A program made the translations under genes and the position numbers. The notes beneath the pieces were generated by a model. The model worked only from the letters and a program-made list of their open reading frames with translations. It searched no databases and was not told the DNA's origin. A stretch of 64,000 nt of DNA from a virus, in IMG/VR virus record IMGVR_UViG_3300045988_175246; one strand, 5' to 3'. The number at the start of each line of letters is the position of its first letter. The stretch's first letter is position 1. This document shows, piece after piece, positions 19,379-28,655 of the stretch.

Positions 19379-20344
19379 ATGGGCATGCACGCCAGTAACC
19401 GTGTGAACCGCCACTTGGGACAACGAATCCTCGCCACCCTCGCCATCGTGGCGGCGGTCTGCGGCGGACTCATCACCGGTAGCGCCATCGCTTCGGAACC
19501 GGCCAAATGTTCGACCGGCGTGGACAAGGTCTGCTATGCGGGCTACAACGCCGCAGGATTGAAGCAGATTGCCGACGATTTGAGCGACAAGGGCAAGGGA
19601 AGCGCTTACTATGCGGAAATGGAGGATAATCTGACTAAGGGCACGCAAGGCTCGCTCACACTGTCGGACGGTTCCAATCTTCCATTCCGGCTCATCGGCA
19701 TCCTCCACGACGACAAGGCTGATGGTAGCGGCAAAAAGGCTGGCTTGACGTTCATGGCATGGAACGCGTTACCGAAAGCGTACTGCATAAACGGCGTCAT
19801 GCCAACCGACAACACGACCACCTGCACGAACGGCTACACCAACAAGGGCGGATGGCGCGACAGTAATCTCCGTCAATGGATGAACAATGGGGAAATCTGG
19901 AACCAATTCCCCACCGACTTCCAAAACAACGTGACCACCGTATTGAAACAAACCAACAACATGGACTACGGAAACACTTCCGGCTCCGCCGCATCCGCCA
20001 CAGCAGACAAGGTATGGCTCGTATCCTACAGGGAACTCGTACCAACCATATACGACGGGTGGAAAAGCTCTAATGGATTCCAAGCGTTAAGTCAGGAGGG
20101 AAGCCAATACGAGTATTTCCAAGGCAAGGTGATGCACAACTATTCAAACAATAATATTCTGTCTGGAATCTACGGAACCGTTTCCGGTTCAGCACTCTCC
20201 GGTGCCAACAGCCTCAGTTGGTGGGAGCGTTCGCCCGACCCGAGCTACAACTACGATTTCCTCCTAGTGTACTCGGGCGGCGACCCCAGCTGCGACTACT
20301 TTGCTGGCTATCGCTACTCCGTTGTCCCCGCTTTCTCCTTCTAA
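19379..20344 (+). CDS. DGR target (variable) protein, secreted; variable region at C-terminus
   Basis: Signal peptide (ILATLAIVAAVCGGLITGSAIAS); last ~50 codons are the VR homologous to the TR at 20965-21117; ORF track start 19364 (GTG), probable ATG 19379. Confidence 0.75.
   Translation: MGMHASNRVNRHLGQRILATLAIVAAVCGGLITGSAIASEPAKCSTGVDKVCYAGYNAAGLKQIADDLSDKGKGSAYYAEMEDNLTKGTQGSLTLSDGSNLPFRLIGILHDDKADGSGKKAGLTFMAWNALPKAYCINGVMPTDNTTTCTNGYTNKGGWRDSNLRQWMNNGEIWNQFPTDFQNNVTTVLKQTNNMDYGNTSGSAASATADKVWLVSYRELVPTIYDGWKSSNGFQALSQEGSQYEYFQGKVMHNYSNNNILSGIYGTVSGSALSGANSLSWWERSPDPSYNYDFLLVYSGGDPSCDYFAGYRYSVVPAFSF
20178..20330 (+). repeat. DGR variable region (VR)
   Basis: ~150 nt near-identical to 20965-21117; almost all mismatches fall where the TR has A (aac->agc/ctc/tac/gac/ggc etc.). 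Confidence 0.8.
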
Positions 20345-20357
20345 TCCCCCATCTTTA

Positions 20358-20379
20358 GGGGTGGGGTTCATCCCACCCC
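20358..20379 (+). promoter_or_regulatory. GC-rich hairpin immediately 3' of VR/stop codon (DGR homing-associated hairpin candidate)
   Basis: GGGGTGGG-gttcat-CCCACCCC, 8-bp perfect stem, 14 nt after the stop codon. Confidence 0.5.
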
Positions 20380-20450
20380 GCTAAAACATCACACGAAAGA
20401 AGCCCCTATGACAGTACCCACCAGCAAGCGGACAAAAGCAAAAAGCGAAT

Positions 20451-20930
20451 ATGCGAACCAAGCGAGAATCGTACTCTACGCCACCAGAAACCTCTTCCGG
20501 AAAATGGCCCAAAAGCCGAGACAACATCGAAACCATACACGTCATGCACATCGCCTACGACATGTACACAGCCGCCTACAGCGCCGACACCATCTACGCG
20601 AGCACCCTCGAAGAGCATAAGATGAAACTGCAACTCTTATGCAAGGCCCAAGGAATGCTGAACGCACTCTCCGGCCTCGTAGACGACTGGATAGACTATC
20701 CACCACGAGAACGCGACATGAAAGCCTACCAGAACAGTCAGGAAGGCGACCCCACCTACAATCCCGTAATCAAGGAGAAGAAATTTGTCAACTATGCGGG
20801 CACACTCTACAAAGCCATGGGGGTGTTCACGGGGGCAGTCCGATACGAGCGAGACCAGTTGAAGAAAGCCAAAACCGTCGAGTCAAAGACCACCACTAGA
20901 ATGGACACTTGGGTTCAACCCCAAATATAA
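20451..20930 (+). CDS. avd: Avd-like accessory variability determinant (helical bundle protein); possible frameshift near 5' end
   Basis: Located between VR and TR as in canonical DGRs; helical basic protein; an upstream overlapping frame (20408..) encodes a more Avd-like N-terminal helix (SEYANQARIVLYATRNLFRKMAQKPRQH). Confidence 0.55.
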   Translation: MRTKRESYSTPPETSSGKWPKSRDNIETIHVMHIAYDMYTAAYSADTIYASTLEEHKMKLQLLCKAQGMLNALSGLVDDWIDYPPRERDMKAYQNSQEGDPTYNPVIKEKKFVNYAGTLYKAMGVFTGAVRYERDQLKKAKTVESKTTTRMDTWVQPQI

Positions 20931-20964
20931 CTAAACAAAACCGGCCATATCCAAAATGGTGTTT

Positions 20965-21117
20965 CCGTTTCCGGTTCAGCACCCTCCGGTGCCAACAACA
21001 ACAATTGGTGGGAGCGTTCGCCCAACCCGAACAACAACAACAATTTCCTCCAAGTGAACTCGAACGGCGACCCCAGCTACAACAACAATGCTAACAATCG
21101 CTACTCCGTTGTCCCCG
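20965..21117 (+). repeat. DGR template region (TR)
   Basis: AAC/AAT-rich copy of the VR (ggtgccaacaacaacaattggtgggagcgttcgcccaacccgaacaacaacaacaat...); ORFs 20909..21094 and 21054..21239 over it are non-coding. Confidence 0.8.
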
Positions 21118-21311
21118 ATTCCTCTTACCAAAAACTAACATCAGATAGGCCAGTAGCCCAATGGGTGAAAGCCTCCCGAAGGGGAAGGGGATATGGTCGA
21201 ATGCGCTGCCCCTCGAAAAATGGGTTGCGCGTGAAATAGGTTGAGGGAGATATTAAGACTGTCGGAAACGACGGATACTCGCCCCTTAAGCTGGGCGTCC
21301 AACATCATTGC

Positions 21312-22541
21312 ATGTCTTGGGTTGTTGCCGACGACCTGCCCTCAACCATTCTTTTCTCTTTCCCTAGTGAAGGAAGCATTAAAATCGTGAATGCGAGTCA
21401 AAGACGTAGAAGACGCCAACGCAGACTGCAACAACGCTCGGATGATAAGTACAGGAAGCTCCACCGTTACATCGACTTCCAACAAACATTCGGATTCGAC
21501 GCGCTCTACCAAGCCGCAAGAAAATGCAAACGCGGCGTCACGTGGAAAAACACAGTGTTGAACTTCGACAATAGGCGTGCCGTCAACTGTTGGAAACTCG
21601 CCCAAGAATTAGAGGACGGCACATACAAGAAGAGAGCGCCAATCCGATTCGACATTTCCGAACGAGGCAAACTCCGCCACATCAGCGCGGTATCCTTCCG
21701 AGACCGGGTGGTGCAACGCGCCTTATGCGACAACAGTCTCGTCCCCATCGTGGAAAGCCAACTGATATACGATAATGCGGCAAGCCTACCGAAACGTGGA
21801 ACATCGTTCGCCCGAAAACGGTTCGAACTACACTATAAGCGGGCTTTGGGCAAATGGGAGCATCCGTATGCTGTCATCTTCGACTGTTCCAACTATTTCG
21901 GAAGTATCAGCTCCCAACGAGCGTTCGATATGATTTCCACCCTGTACCGGAGCATCGCCCGCACCGGACGGGAGAAGCAGGATGTGGAACGGATTCTAAC
22001 CGTATTGAGAATCTTCGTATTGGACGAACCACACTTAGGGTTAGGTAATCAGACGAGCCAAACCATGGCTATCTGGTATTTGAACAAGGTTGACCACTGG
22101 TGCATGTCGCAAGGATTCTACGGACGGTATATGGATGATGCCTACTGTTTCTGCGAGAATCGTGAACAGGCCGAACGTGTGTTGGCCGGTTATGAGCGGC
22201 GTGTCAACCAATTGGGATTGCGGTTGAACAAGCATAAGACCCGCATAGTGGACTGTCATACCGGTCAACTCACATTCCTGAAACGCGTATACAGTGTACA
22301 GGATGACGGCAGTATTCTTATCCGCATGCACCATAAGGCGTTGCGTGCAAGCCGACGGCATGCGTGTAACCTTATCTGCTCATATGATGGCGTGCATGTG
22401 GGATTGAGGACAGTTCAGGATTCTTGGACGAGCCATGAGAGCACACTGTCGGGTCTAACTCACCGTCGTGGACTGTGCGCTCGGGAGAAAGCGTGGTATC
22501 GGAGGCATTGTGAAATGCGGAAGCTGGCTTTTCACCCGTGA
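21312..22541 (+). CDS. DGR reverse transcriptase
   Basis: RT motifs: HISAVSFRDRVVQRAL, AVIFDCSNYFGSI, YGRYMDDAYCF (YMDD catalytic box), LNKHKTRIV. Confidence 0.85.
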   Translation: MSWVVADDLPSTILFSFPSEGSIKIVNASQRRRRRQRRLQQRSDDKYRKLHRYIDFQQTFGFDALYQAARKCKRGVTWKNTVLNFDNRRAVNCWKLAQELEDGTYKKRAPIRFDISERGKLRHISAVSFRDRVVQRALCDNSLVPIVESQLIYDNAASLPKRGTSFARKRFELHYKRALGKWEHPYAVIFDCSNYFGSISSQRAFDMISTLYRSIARTGREKQDVERILTVLRIFVLDEPHLGLGNQTSQTMAIWYLNKVDHWCMSQGFYGRYMDDAYCFCENREQAERVLAGYERRVNQLGLRLNKHKTRIVDCHTGQLTFLKRVYSVQDDGSILIRMHHKALRASRRHACNLICSYDGVHVGLRTVQDSWTSHESTLSGLTHRRGLCAREKAWYRRHCEMRKLAFHP

Positions 22542-22865
22542 TATTCCGGACTTTCCAGATTGTGTGGTGGAGGGGCGCAATCTGCTGGAAGCTTTGGATG
22601 GGACGAGAAAAAGATTGGCCGTCCGATTAGCAGAAATGGTGGCGCAGAATCTTCCGCTTCCTCAAGAGAGTCTTTTGGATGAGATTTCGTGAGGCTTGGA
22701 TTGTATCGTATTTCACTCGGCATGCTTGTCGGCTAGTTTTTCTTCCCGGCTTGGTGTTACACTGGGTTTACTTGCATTTCCTTCCTCGGGACTTCGCCCA
22801 TGTGGGGCTTTAGAGGTTATCAGCGCATTGGTCAGAGTATGCCGTTTGAGTGAAAGGAAACTGTC

Positions 22866-23495
22866 ATGGCAGGTTTTGATGATATTACGGTCACTCGCAG
22901 TGATGGCCGTTTGAAGGTTAAGGCTCCGTATAATCCGTTGTTCGCCCGTCGCTCCCGCGCGTTGGGCGGAACGTTTGATGACAAGTTGAAGACTTGGACG
23001 TTCAATGTTCGTGTGGAAAGGCTGGTGTTCGAAGCTTTAGACAAATACTTCTGGTGGCATAAGGGCGTGGACGCTGAAAAGCGCGTCACTCTAACCATTG
23101 ACCCCTACGACTACTTGTACGCGTACTCCAAGCAGGATAGCGACATTATCTGGTTCGCTGGTCGAATCCTAGTCGAAAAATATCAGCCCGACCGTCCACC
23201 GCGCATGATGCCGAATGTGGCTCTCGTGGATGGCATGTGGCCTAAAACCGGCTTGTATACGGGGTTGAATCTCAGTCCCGACAAACTCCGATTATTGGTA
23301 TGGGATGTTCCCACCAGTTTTCTGGAACGATTGTCGTCCGGCAAGTATGAGTTGTCTGAGCCGGATGGTGACACGTTGACTGCGGTTGACGTTCGTATTC
23401 AGGCTGTGGAGGAACGGTTAGGCCGGTTGAGGGAACTCCGAACCCGACTCGCCTCTAATAGTGAGGATGTGAATGATGCTCTCCGTGCCGATTGA
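22866..23495 (+). CDS. hypothetical protein
   Basis: 209-aa ORF downstream of the RT. Confidence 0.45.
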   Translation: MAGFDDITVTRSDGRLKVKAPYNPLFARRSRALGGTFDDKLKTWTFNVRVERLVFEALDKYFWWHKGVDAEKRVTLTIDPYDYLYAYSKQDSDIIWFAGRILVEKYQPDRPPRMMPNVALVDGMWPKTGLYTGLNLSPDKLRLLVWDVPTSFLERLSSGKYELSEPDGDTLTAVDVRIQAVEERLGRLRELRTRLASNSEDVNDALRAD

Positions 23496-24480
23496 TGGTC
23501 AAGTCCAGTCGCGTCTCATTCCGCCCACGTTCGTGGAAGACAACATCAGCGACATGTTCAAGGCTGTGGACGCCGGACACAATATCGTCGTGACGGCAGT
23601 GGACGAGTACGGTAATCGAACCAGTATTACCACGCCGGATAATGTGAATCATGACATGCTGGGGCGTTCTCTCGAATTCGCGTCCCATCCCGTACTGATG
23701 CGGAATGTGCGCCGTTGGATGGTTTGGCTGTTGCAAGCGCAATACTGCAAGGATTACAAGTGGGATACGAACAGGCTTGGAGGTTGGATGGAAGTGTTGG
23801 GTTTACCAGCCGACCTTGATGTTCCCGTAACGGAGGAACATTTACGCGTGTTGAAGCCTGTGTTTAACAAGGATGATGCCGACCCGTATCGGCTTGTCGC
23901 ACGATACGACAAGCAACATTATGCTTCATGCACCCTCGGCACTCTCATACGGTTAGCTGAACAAACCACGCCGAACTATGCCTTGAACAATCCCACCCGC
24001 TGGTGTCAAACCGACCGATACCGCAAACTCAGCATCCAACCCAATCCGAAAGAAAACTGGGACGGAATGGACAGGGTACGTGACTGTTGGAGCGGATGCG
24101 AATGGGCATACCCCGCATTGGAACGCTACTATAATCCGATTCGACTATTACGCGACGAATACCGGCGGGGAGGACTACCTGAAACCTTCCACTATCCAAT
24201 ACACACGACAAGAGGCGAATACCGGTTGGCGAAAGGACAAATCAGCCCCCACGCAACAATCCTCCTCAACGGCAAGCCGGTAGGACTCATGTTCAGCGAC
24301 GATTGCGAGGAACCATTCACCGACCGGATACCACCCGAATGGTGTGCCACACCCTTACCGGAAAACTATAAGACCACGCCACTCAACCGAAACATTCCCG
24401 TAAACGGCGAATTCAAACCATCATTCCAGCAAGCCATGCTGGGATTCGTGGAATGGTATGAGAAAACGCACAAGGGATAG
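23473..24480 (+). CDS. hypothetical protein
   Basis: 335-aa ORF, start overlaps previous gene. Confidence 0.45.
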   Translation: MMLSVPIDGQVQSRLIPPTFVEDNISDMFKAVDAGHNIVVTAVDEYGNRTSITTPDNVNHDMLGRSLEFASHPVLMRNVRRWMVWLLQAQYCKDYKWDTNRLGGWMEVLGLPADLDVPVTEEHLRVLKPVFNKDDADPYRLVARYDKQHYASCTLGTLIRLAEQTTPNYALNNPTRWCQTDRYRKLSIQPNPKENWDGMDRVRDCWSGCEWAYPALERYYNPIRLLRDEYRRGGLPETFHYPIHTTRGEYRLAKGQISPHATILLNGKPVGLMFSDDCEEPFTDRIPPEWCATPLPENYKTTPLNRNIPVNGEFKPSFQQAMLGFVEWYEKTHKG

Positions 24481-24587
24481 CAAAAGAGGAAAGCCCCTTA
24501 GTTGAGGGGCTTTCTGGTAAATGTCAAATGGTGGCAAGCTTGAATTCTTCCAGCTTGTCCATGCTAAACCGCCCAGAACAACAAAAC

Positions 24588-25745
24588 CTAGTTCTCCGAG
24601 CGTTCGCTGATATTCTCCCGCATCTGCAAATAAGCCCCATGCTCACGCAAGTAATCCCGCAAATACGGCATTTTGAAAGCGACTTCACCGTAACCGACCG
24701 GCTCAATCAAATCGTTCTCAATCAGCTTGGTTCTATACACGTTGGCGAACTGTGGCGAACGGTTCAACCGACGGGCGATTTCACCTGTATTCGACACCGT
24801 ATCATCCACCGACATGGCAAGCAGATAGTTCACCGCATGGGATGGCAAGCCATGCAATGCTGGGGCGTGAACCATATCCCCTAGTTTGGCTTGGGCTTTT
24901 TCGATACCCTTGACCGCGTCCTCCTCGGTCACTTGATTCACATGGCCGTTGGTTTCGGAAACCCTCCAAGCCCAATAACCCACCAGCTGAATCATGAACG
25001 GATAACCATGAGTGGCATTGGTCAACCGTATCAACGTTTCCATCCCGGCTTTCTTCTCCCCGCTGAAAGACTCCTCGAATGCTTTCAGAACCTTCTCCGT
25101 TGGCACGGAACCCAAATGATACCGTTCTGCCCGTTGAAGGAAGGTGATGGCATTATCCGACAGCACGTCGTTCACGGCGGACGGTAACCCAGCGAAAATG
25201 AACGCGATGTTCCGTCCTTCGCGGATAAGATGTTGCACGGCAGTGGACAAAGCTCTGATTTCGTCCATGGAACCGGATTGCACTTCGTCCAATGTGATGA
25301 GAATGCCCTGCTTGCTTTCATTCATCTTGTCCAAACGTTTGCCGACCGCTTGACGTAGCGTCAAGGAACGTTCCTCATTGTGTTCGAGTTCGATTCTCCC
25401 CAAACTCAGTTCCAGATTCCCTACATCACCTTTCAACCCGACGCTAGGCATGTCGTAGGCGGATATGCGAGTCGTGTCCTTGCCGGTAAGTGCGTCCACC
25501 AGTCTTTGGGTGAAACCTCTATCGGCGCTTTCGTTATAGACTTTCCAGCCTTGCTTCTGCGCGTGTGTTCCTAACGTGTCCAGCATGACTGTTTTCCCTA
25601 CACCTCTGGCTCCGGTGAGGAACATCAGCCGTCCGGGGCTTCCTACACCGTCTTTCAGCGCATAGTCGAAGTCTTCGATGATTTCTTCTCGTCCGACGAG
25701 TATCGGCGGGATACGTCCGGCGGTTGGTTTGAACGGATTGGTCAT
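24588..25745 (-). CDS. ATP-binding protein (AAA-type ATPase domain + C-terminal winged-helix-like region)
   Basis: Walker A FLTGARGVGKTVML, Walker B ILITLDEVQ; probable start MTNPF (internal Met of ORF 24588..25808). Confidence 0.7.
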   Translation of the reverse strand: MTNPFKPTAGRIPPILVGREEIIEDFDYALKDGVGSPGRLMFLTGARGVGKTVMLDTLGTHAQKQGWKVYNESADRGFTQRLVDALTGKDTTRISAYDMPSVGLKGDVGNLELSLGRIELEHNEERSLTLRQAVGKRLDKMNESKQGILITLDEVQSGSMDEIRALSTAVQHLIREGRNIAFIFAGLPSAVNDVLSDNAITFLQRAERYHLGSVPTEKVLKAFEESFSGEKKAGMETLIRLTNATHGYPFMIQLVGYWAWRVSETNGHVNQVTEEDAVKGIEKAQAKLGDMVHAPALHGLPSHAVNYLLAMSVDDTVSNTGEIARRLNRSPQFANVYRTKLIENDLIEPVGYGEVAFKMPYLRDYLREHGAYLQMRENISERSEN

Positions 25746-25981
25746 GTCTGTTTCCTTGATTTTATAATAATTATAATAAGTATAATACTTTAAAAAAGCA
25801 TGTACCAAGGGGTTAAGTTCGATAATAGGCAGCTTTGTCGAGAGTAGAGGTTGACGACCTAAACGGAAGTGGTTTAAAATAGATTCTTGTTTGAGATAAG
25901 GTCACTTTTCTAAAAGGCATTGAGGGACGGTTTCCGTTTTGGTCTCCGTCCCTCTTTTTTGTATTGTTTCCACGCTTGAAG

Positions 25982-26004
25982 TATACTGGAATCGTTCACA
26001 TAAA
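25982..26004 (+). promoter_or_regulatory. conserved promoter/leader motif copy 1
   Basis: TATACTGGAATCGTTCACATAAA; RBS+ATG 26 nt downstream. Confidence 0.5.
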
Positions 26005-26029
26005 AAAGTTGAAAAACCAAGGAGAAAAA

Positions 26030-26344
26030 ATGAATAAGCCCGCATACTTCAAGCAGTTCGGCGCAGATGACTACAACATTTTCGCAGTCAAGGACAAGTC
26101 GTATGTCATGAGTCGTTTCACAGACGACCCCGAGGGCGTCTACTACATGCTTTTCGAGCATGTCGAGGGTCAGACCGGCGTCAGCTATTACATGTTGGAC
26201 AATATTCCCGAGACTGTTTTGGACGGTGTTTCCGACGGTGGATATACCGATAGGGAGTTTGCTTCGAGGCTTGCCGGTCAGGATAGGTTTGTCCACAATA
26301 TCAATGTTCGTAGGCTTCTGCATCATTCCCACTTGGACGCCTGA
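26030..26344 (+). CDS. hypothetical protein, family F1 (paralog of 36056..36364)
   Basis: MNKPAYFKQFGADDYNIF...MLFEHVEGQTGV...VHNINVRRLL aligns with MNEYFARFGAEDYNIF...ALFEHIEGHAGV...VHSINIRRIL. Confidence 0.55.
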   Translation: MNKPAYFKQFGADDYNIFAVKDKSYVMSRFTDDPEGVYYMLFEHVEGQTGVSYYMLDNIPETVLDGVSDGGYTDREFASRLAGQDRFVHNINVRRLLHHSHLDA

Positions 26345-26446
26345 ACGATTCCGTAACAGTACTCTTCCTTCCCTTATAGGTTGGAGGGGTTTGTTTTTTC
26401 AGAGGTTGTTTATAGTTTTTTGGGTGTGTCGTTTTTTCGCACGCTG

Positions 26447-26469
26447 TATACTGGGATTGTTCACACAAA
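26447..26469 (+). promoter_or_regulatory. conserved promoter/leader motif copy 2
   Basis: TATACTGGGATTGTTCACACAAA; ATG at 26497. Confidence 0.5.
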
Positions 26470-26496
26470 AGATAAAAGAAAACCAAGGAGCAAAAA

Positions 26497-27321
26497 ATGA
26501 ACAACATCGACAGCATCATCGAACGCATCAACAACCTCATGGCAATAGCCGAAAACGAAGCATCCAGCGACAATGAGGCGCAAATGGCGTTCGAGCGGGC
26601 ACAGAAACTCATCAACGAATATCGTATCGAAGACTGGAAACGCGACCGCACCCGCACGAACAAGCCAATCATCGAACGTGGCGTGAACGTAAGCAAAACC
26701 ACCATCTACCATCAGCAAGGCTACCTTGCGACCATCATCGCCCAAGCTAACGAATGCCGCGCCTACATTCACGAAAGCCGGTGTGGCGGAAGGATTGAGG
26801 AACGTGCCGTCATGTTCGTAGGCGAGGAGGACGATGTGAACGCCGCAGTCCTTCTCTTCCAAAGCATCGACCTATACTGCTCAGTCCACGCCCGCACTAG
26901 CTACGCGGACATGATTGACCAGCACGCCAAAGCGTACTATGAGGACAACAAGGAATACGTCGAAACGCATTACGGACGTGAATCCTATCCGACGCTGACG
27001 GAATGCAAACAGTACATGCGTCGTGATTATCCACGCGCCAAGTTCTACTATGGTTATCGCGGTGGATTCAACGAACGTTTGAGCGAACGTTTCGAGGAGC
27101 TTCGCAAGCAGAGTCTCGCCATTCCTTCCGGTCGTGAGCTGGTGTCATGCAAGAGTCAGCGTCTGAACGAGTATTTTGACAAGCTTGAGCTGGTGCCGGG
27201 TCGTGCGGCCACTGCTCGTGGTAGCAAGGATGGTTTTGCTCGTGGTGTGAGTGACGCGAACAATGTGGGTTTGGGTTTGTCTGAAATGGGTGTTTCGTCC
27301 CATGCTTTGCTGAATGCCTGA
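26497..27321 (+). CDS. DUF2786-like protein
   Basis: N-terminus IIERINNLMAIAENEASSDNEAQMAFERAQKLINEYRI typical of DUF2786 plasmid/phage proteins (recalled, not searched); 274 aa. Confidence 0.45.
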   Translation: MNNIDSIIERINNLMAIAENEASSDNEAQMAFERAQKLINEYRIEDWKRDRTRTNKPIIERGVNVSKTTIYHQQGYLATIIAQANECRAYIHESRCGGRIEERAVMFVGEEDDVNAAVLLFQSIDLYCSVHARTSYADMIDQHAKAYYEDNKEYVETHYGRESYPTLTECKQYMRRDYPRAKFYYGYRGGFNERLSERFEELRKQSLAIPSGRELVSCKSQRLNEYFDKLELVPGRAATARGSKDGFARGVSDANNVGLGLSEMGVSSHALLNA

Positions 27322-27383
27322 CTTTTCAGCCCGCTTCCTTGCTTTGGGGAGTGGGCTGTTTTTGTTTTTTCCTACAAACATGG

Positions 27384-27406
27384 TATACTGGGATTGTTCA
27401 CACAAA
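27384..27406 (+). promoter_or_regulatory. conserved promoter/leader motif copy 3
   Basis: TATACTGGGATTGTTCACACAAA; preceded by hairpin CAGCCCGC...GGGCTG+T-tract; ATG at 27435. Confidence 0.5.
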
Positions 27407-27434
27407 AGATAGATTCCAACAAGGAGGAACAAAA

Positions 27435-27929
27435 ATGATTAAGACAATCACCAACCTCAAAATCACCAAACTACGCGAACTCTCCACACTGTCAGTGGAT
27501 AGTGAATATCTCACAATAGACTACTTGGACGAGGATGGCGAAGAACAGCGAATCGAAAAACTCACCCACGAGGAAGACCTTGGCGAATACAACGTCAAGA
27601 CCGACCTTTGGGAGGACATTCTCGAAGATTGGCGGCTCACCAAGCCGATTCCAGTACCCTCTGCCGAAAAAGAAGACTGGAAACTGCTGGAAGACTATGT
27701 TTGGAACCTCACCGACTCGAAGTATCAAGAACTGTCGGACAATCGCAATAAACTATACGAAGCCGACGACGTGGCGAATATCCTCCGCAGCATCAGTCGT
27801 CTCAGCGACGTAGGACGAGCCACGTTGAACAAACTGCTGGACAATGGTTCCAAGGATGTGGAGAATGAATACACGGAACAGTGGAACCGTATCGTTCCGC
27901 TCCGTCAGGCGGACGGCGAGGAAGAATAG
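27435..27929 (+). CDS. hypothetical acidic protein (164 aa)
   Basis: D/E-rich (LDEDGEEQRIEKLTHEEDLGEY...WEDILEDW...); size and charge compatible with a DNA-mimic (Ard-like) protein, unproven. Confidence 0.45.
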   Translation: MIKTITNLKITKLRELSTLSVDSEYLTIDYLDEDGEEQRIEKLTHEEDLGEYNVKTDLWEDILEDWRLTKPIPVPSAEKEDWKLLEDYVWNLTDSKYQELSDNRNKLYEADDVANILRSISRLSDVGRATLNKLLDNGSKDVENEYTEQWNRIVPLRQADGEEE

Positions 27930-27943
27930 GAGGAACGGGGAAA

Positions 27944-28321
27944 ATGAAGGCACGAGACGTTAGCTTCTTCAAGAAGAACGCTTGGAAGGGCACGTATTCC
28001 AGCATCCTCACCATTCCGGTTGAATCGTTGGCCGACAAGTGTTTCGGCGCTTGGTTGGATATAGAGGACACGAATTTTGCGGAAGCGACACTGCCGGACG
28101 AGAAGCTTGCCGGACGGTTCCGTGAGCTGGTCGATTCCGACGCCGAACAGGCGGAATGGGATGAATTCTATGCTTCCGTTGGCAAGGCTTTTTCCGCCAT
28201 GTCGGTGGATGAACTGGCGTCCAAGTTCGTTGAGCTGAACGACCCTGCGACCATCCGTCGTGTTCTTTGGGGTTACGGGAACAAATGGTATCTCGATTCC
28301 GATTGCGAGTATGAGTTCTGA
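27944..28321 (+). CDS. hypothetical protein, family F2 (paralog of frameshifted 29155..29543)
   Basis: MKARDVSFFKKNAWKGT...LADKCFGAWLDIEDTNF...DSDCEYEF; ATG 27944 inside ORF 27881..28321. Confidence 0.5.
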   Translation: MKARDVSFFKKNAWKGTYSSILTIPVESLADKCFGAWLDIEDTNFAEATLPDEKLAGRFRELVDSDAEQAEWDEFYASVGKAFSAMSVDELASKFVELNDPATIRRVLWGYGNKWYLDSDCEYEF

Positions 28322-28394
28322 CCGTCGGATTTTAGCGCCTCTCCCTTGGATGGGTGGGGCGCTTTTTGTTTGGCGTGTCGTACCCAACATGATG

Positions 28395-28417
28395 TATACT
28401 GGAATTGTTCACACAAA
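28395..28417 (+). promoter_or_regulatory. conserved promoter/leader motif copy 4
   Basis: TATACTGGAATTGTTCACACAAA; preceded by hairpin AGCGCC...GGCGCT+TTTTTG; ATG 28455. Confidence 0.5.
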
Positions 28418-28454
28418 CAAGGGTTCGTAAAACCCATCACCAAAAGGAGAAAAA

Positions 28455-28655
28455 ATGCATATCAAGGATGTTCTGCTTATGACGCTTGTCACCATCGCTT
28501 TCGGTGGGGTGGCAACCGCAGTCGCGTTCGGCATCTACTCGTTCGGCACTTGGCTGTTCACGTTTGGCCGCACGTTCGGTATCGTATCCGTGTGCGCCAT
28601 TACGGTGGTGTTGCTGACCGTCGCGGTTGAGGTTCGTTTGAGCATGAATCGTTAG
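28455..28655 (+). CDS. small membrane protein (2 TM)
   Basis: 66 aa, LLMTLVTIAFGGVATAVAFGIY and FGIVSVCAITVVLLTVAV. Confidence 0.45.
   Translation: MHIKDVLLMTLVTIAFGGVATAVAFGIYSFGTWLFTFGRTFGIVSVCAITVVLLTVAVEVRLSMNR

Noticed and set aside
20909-21239. Two 61-aa ORFs over the DGR template region
   Set aside because: They translate the AAC-rich TR (runs of N/Q); TR is a non-coding template.
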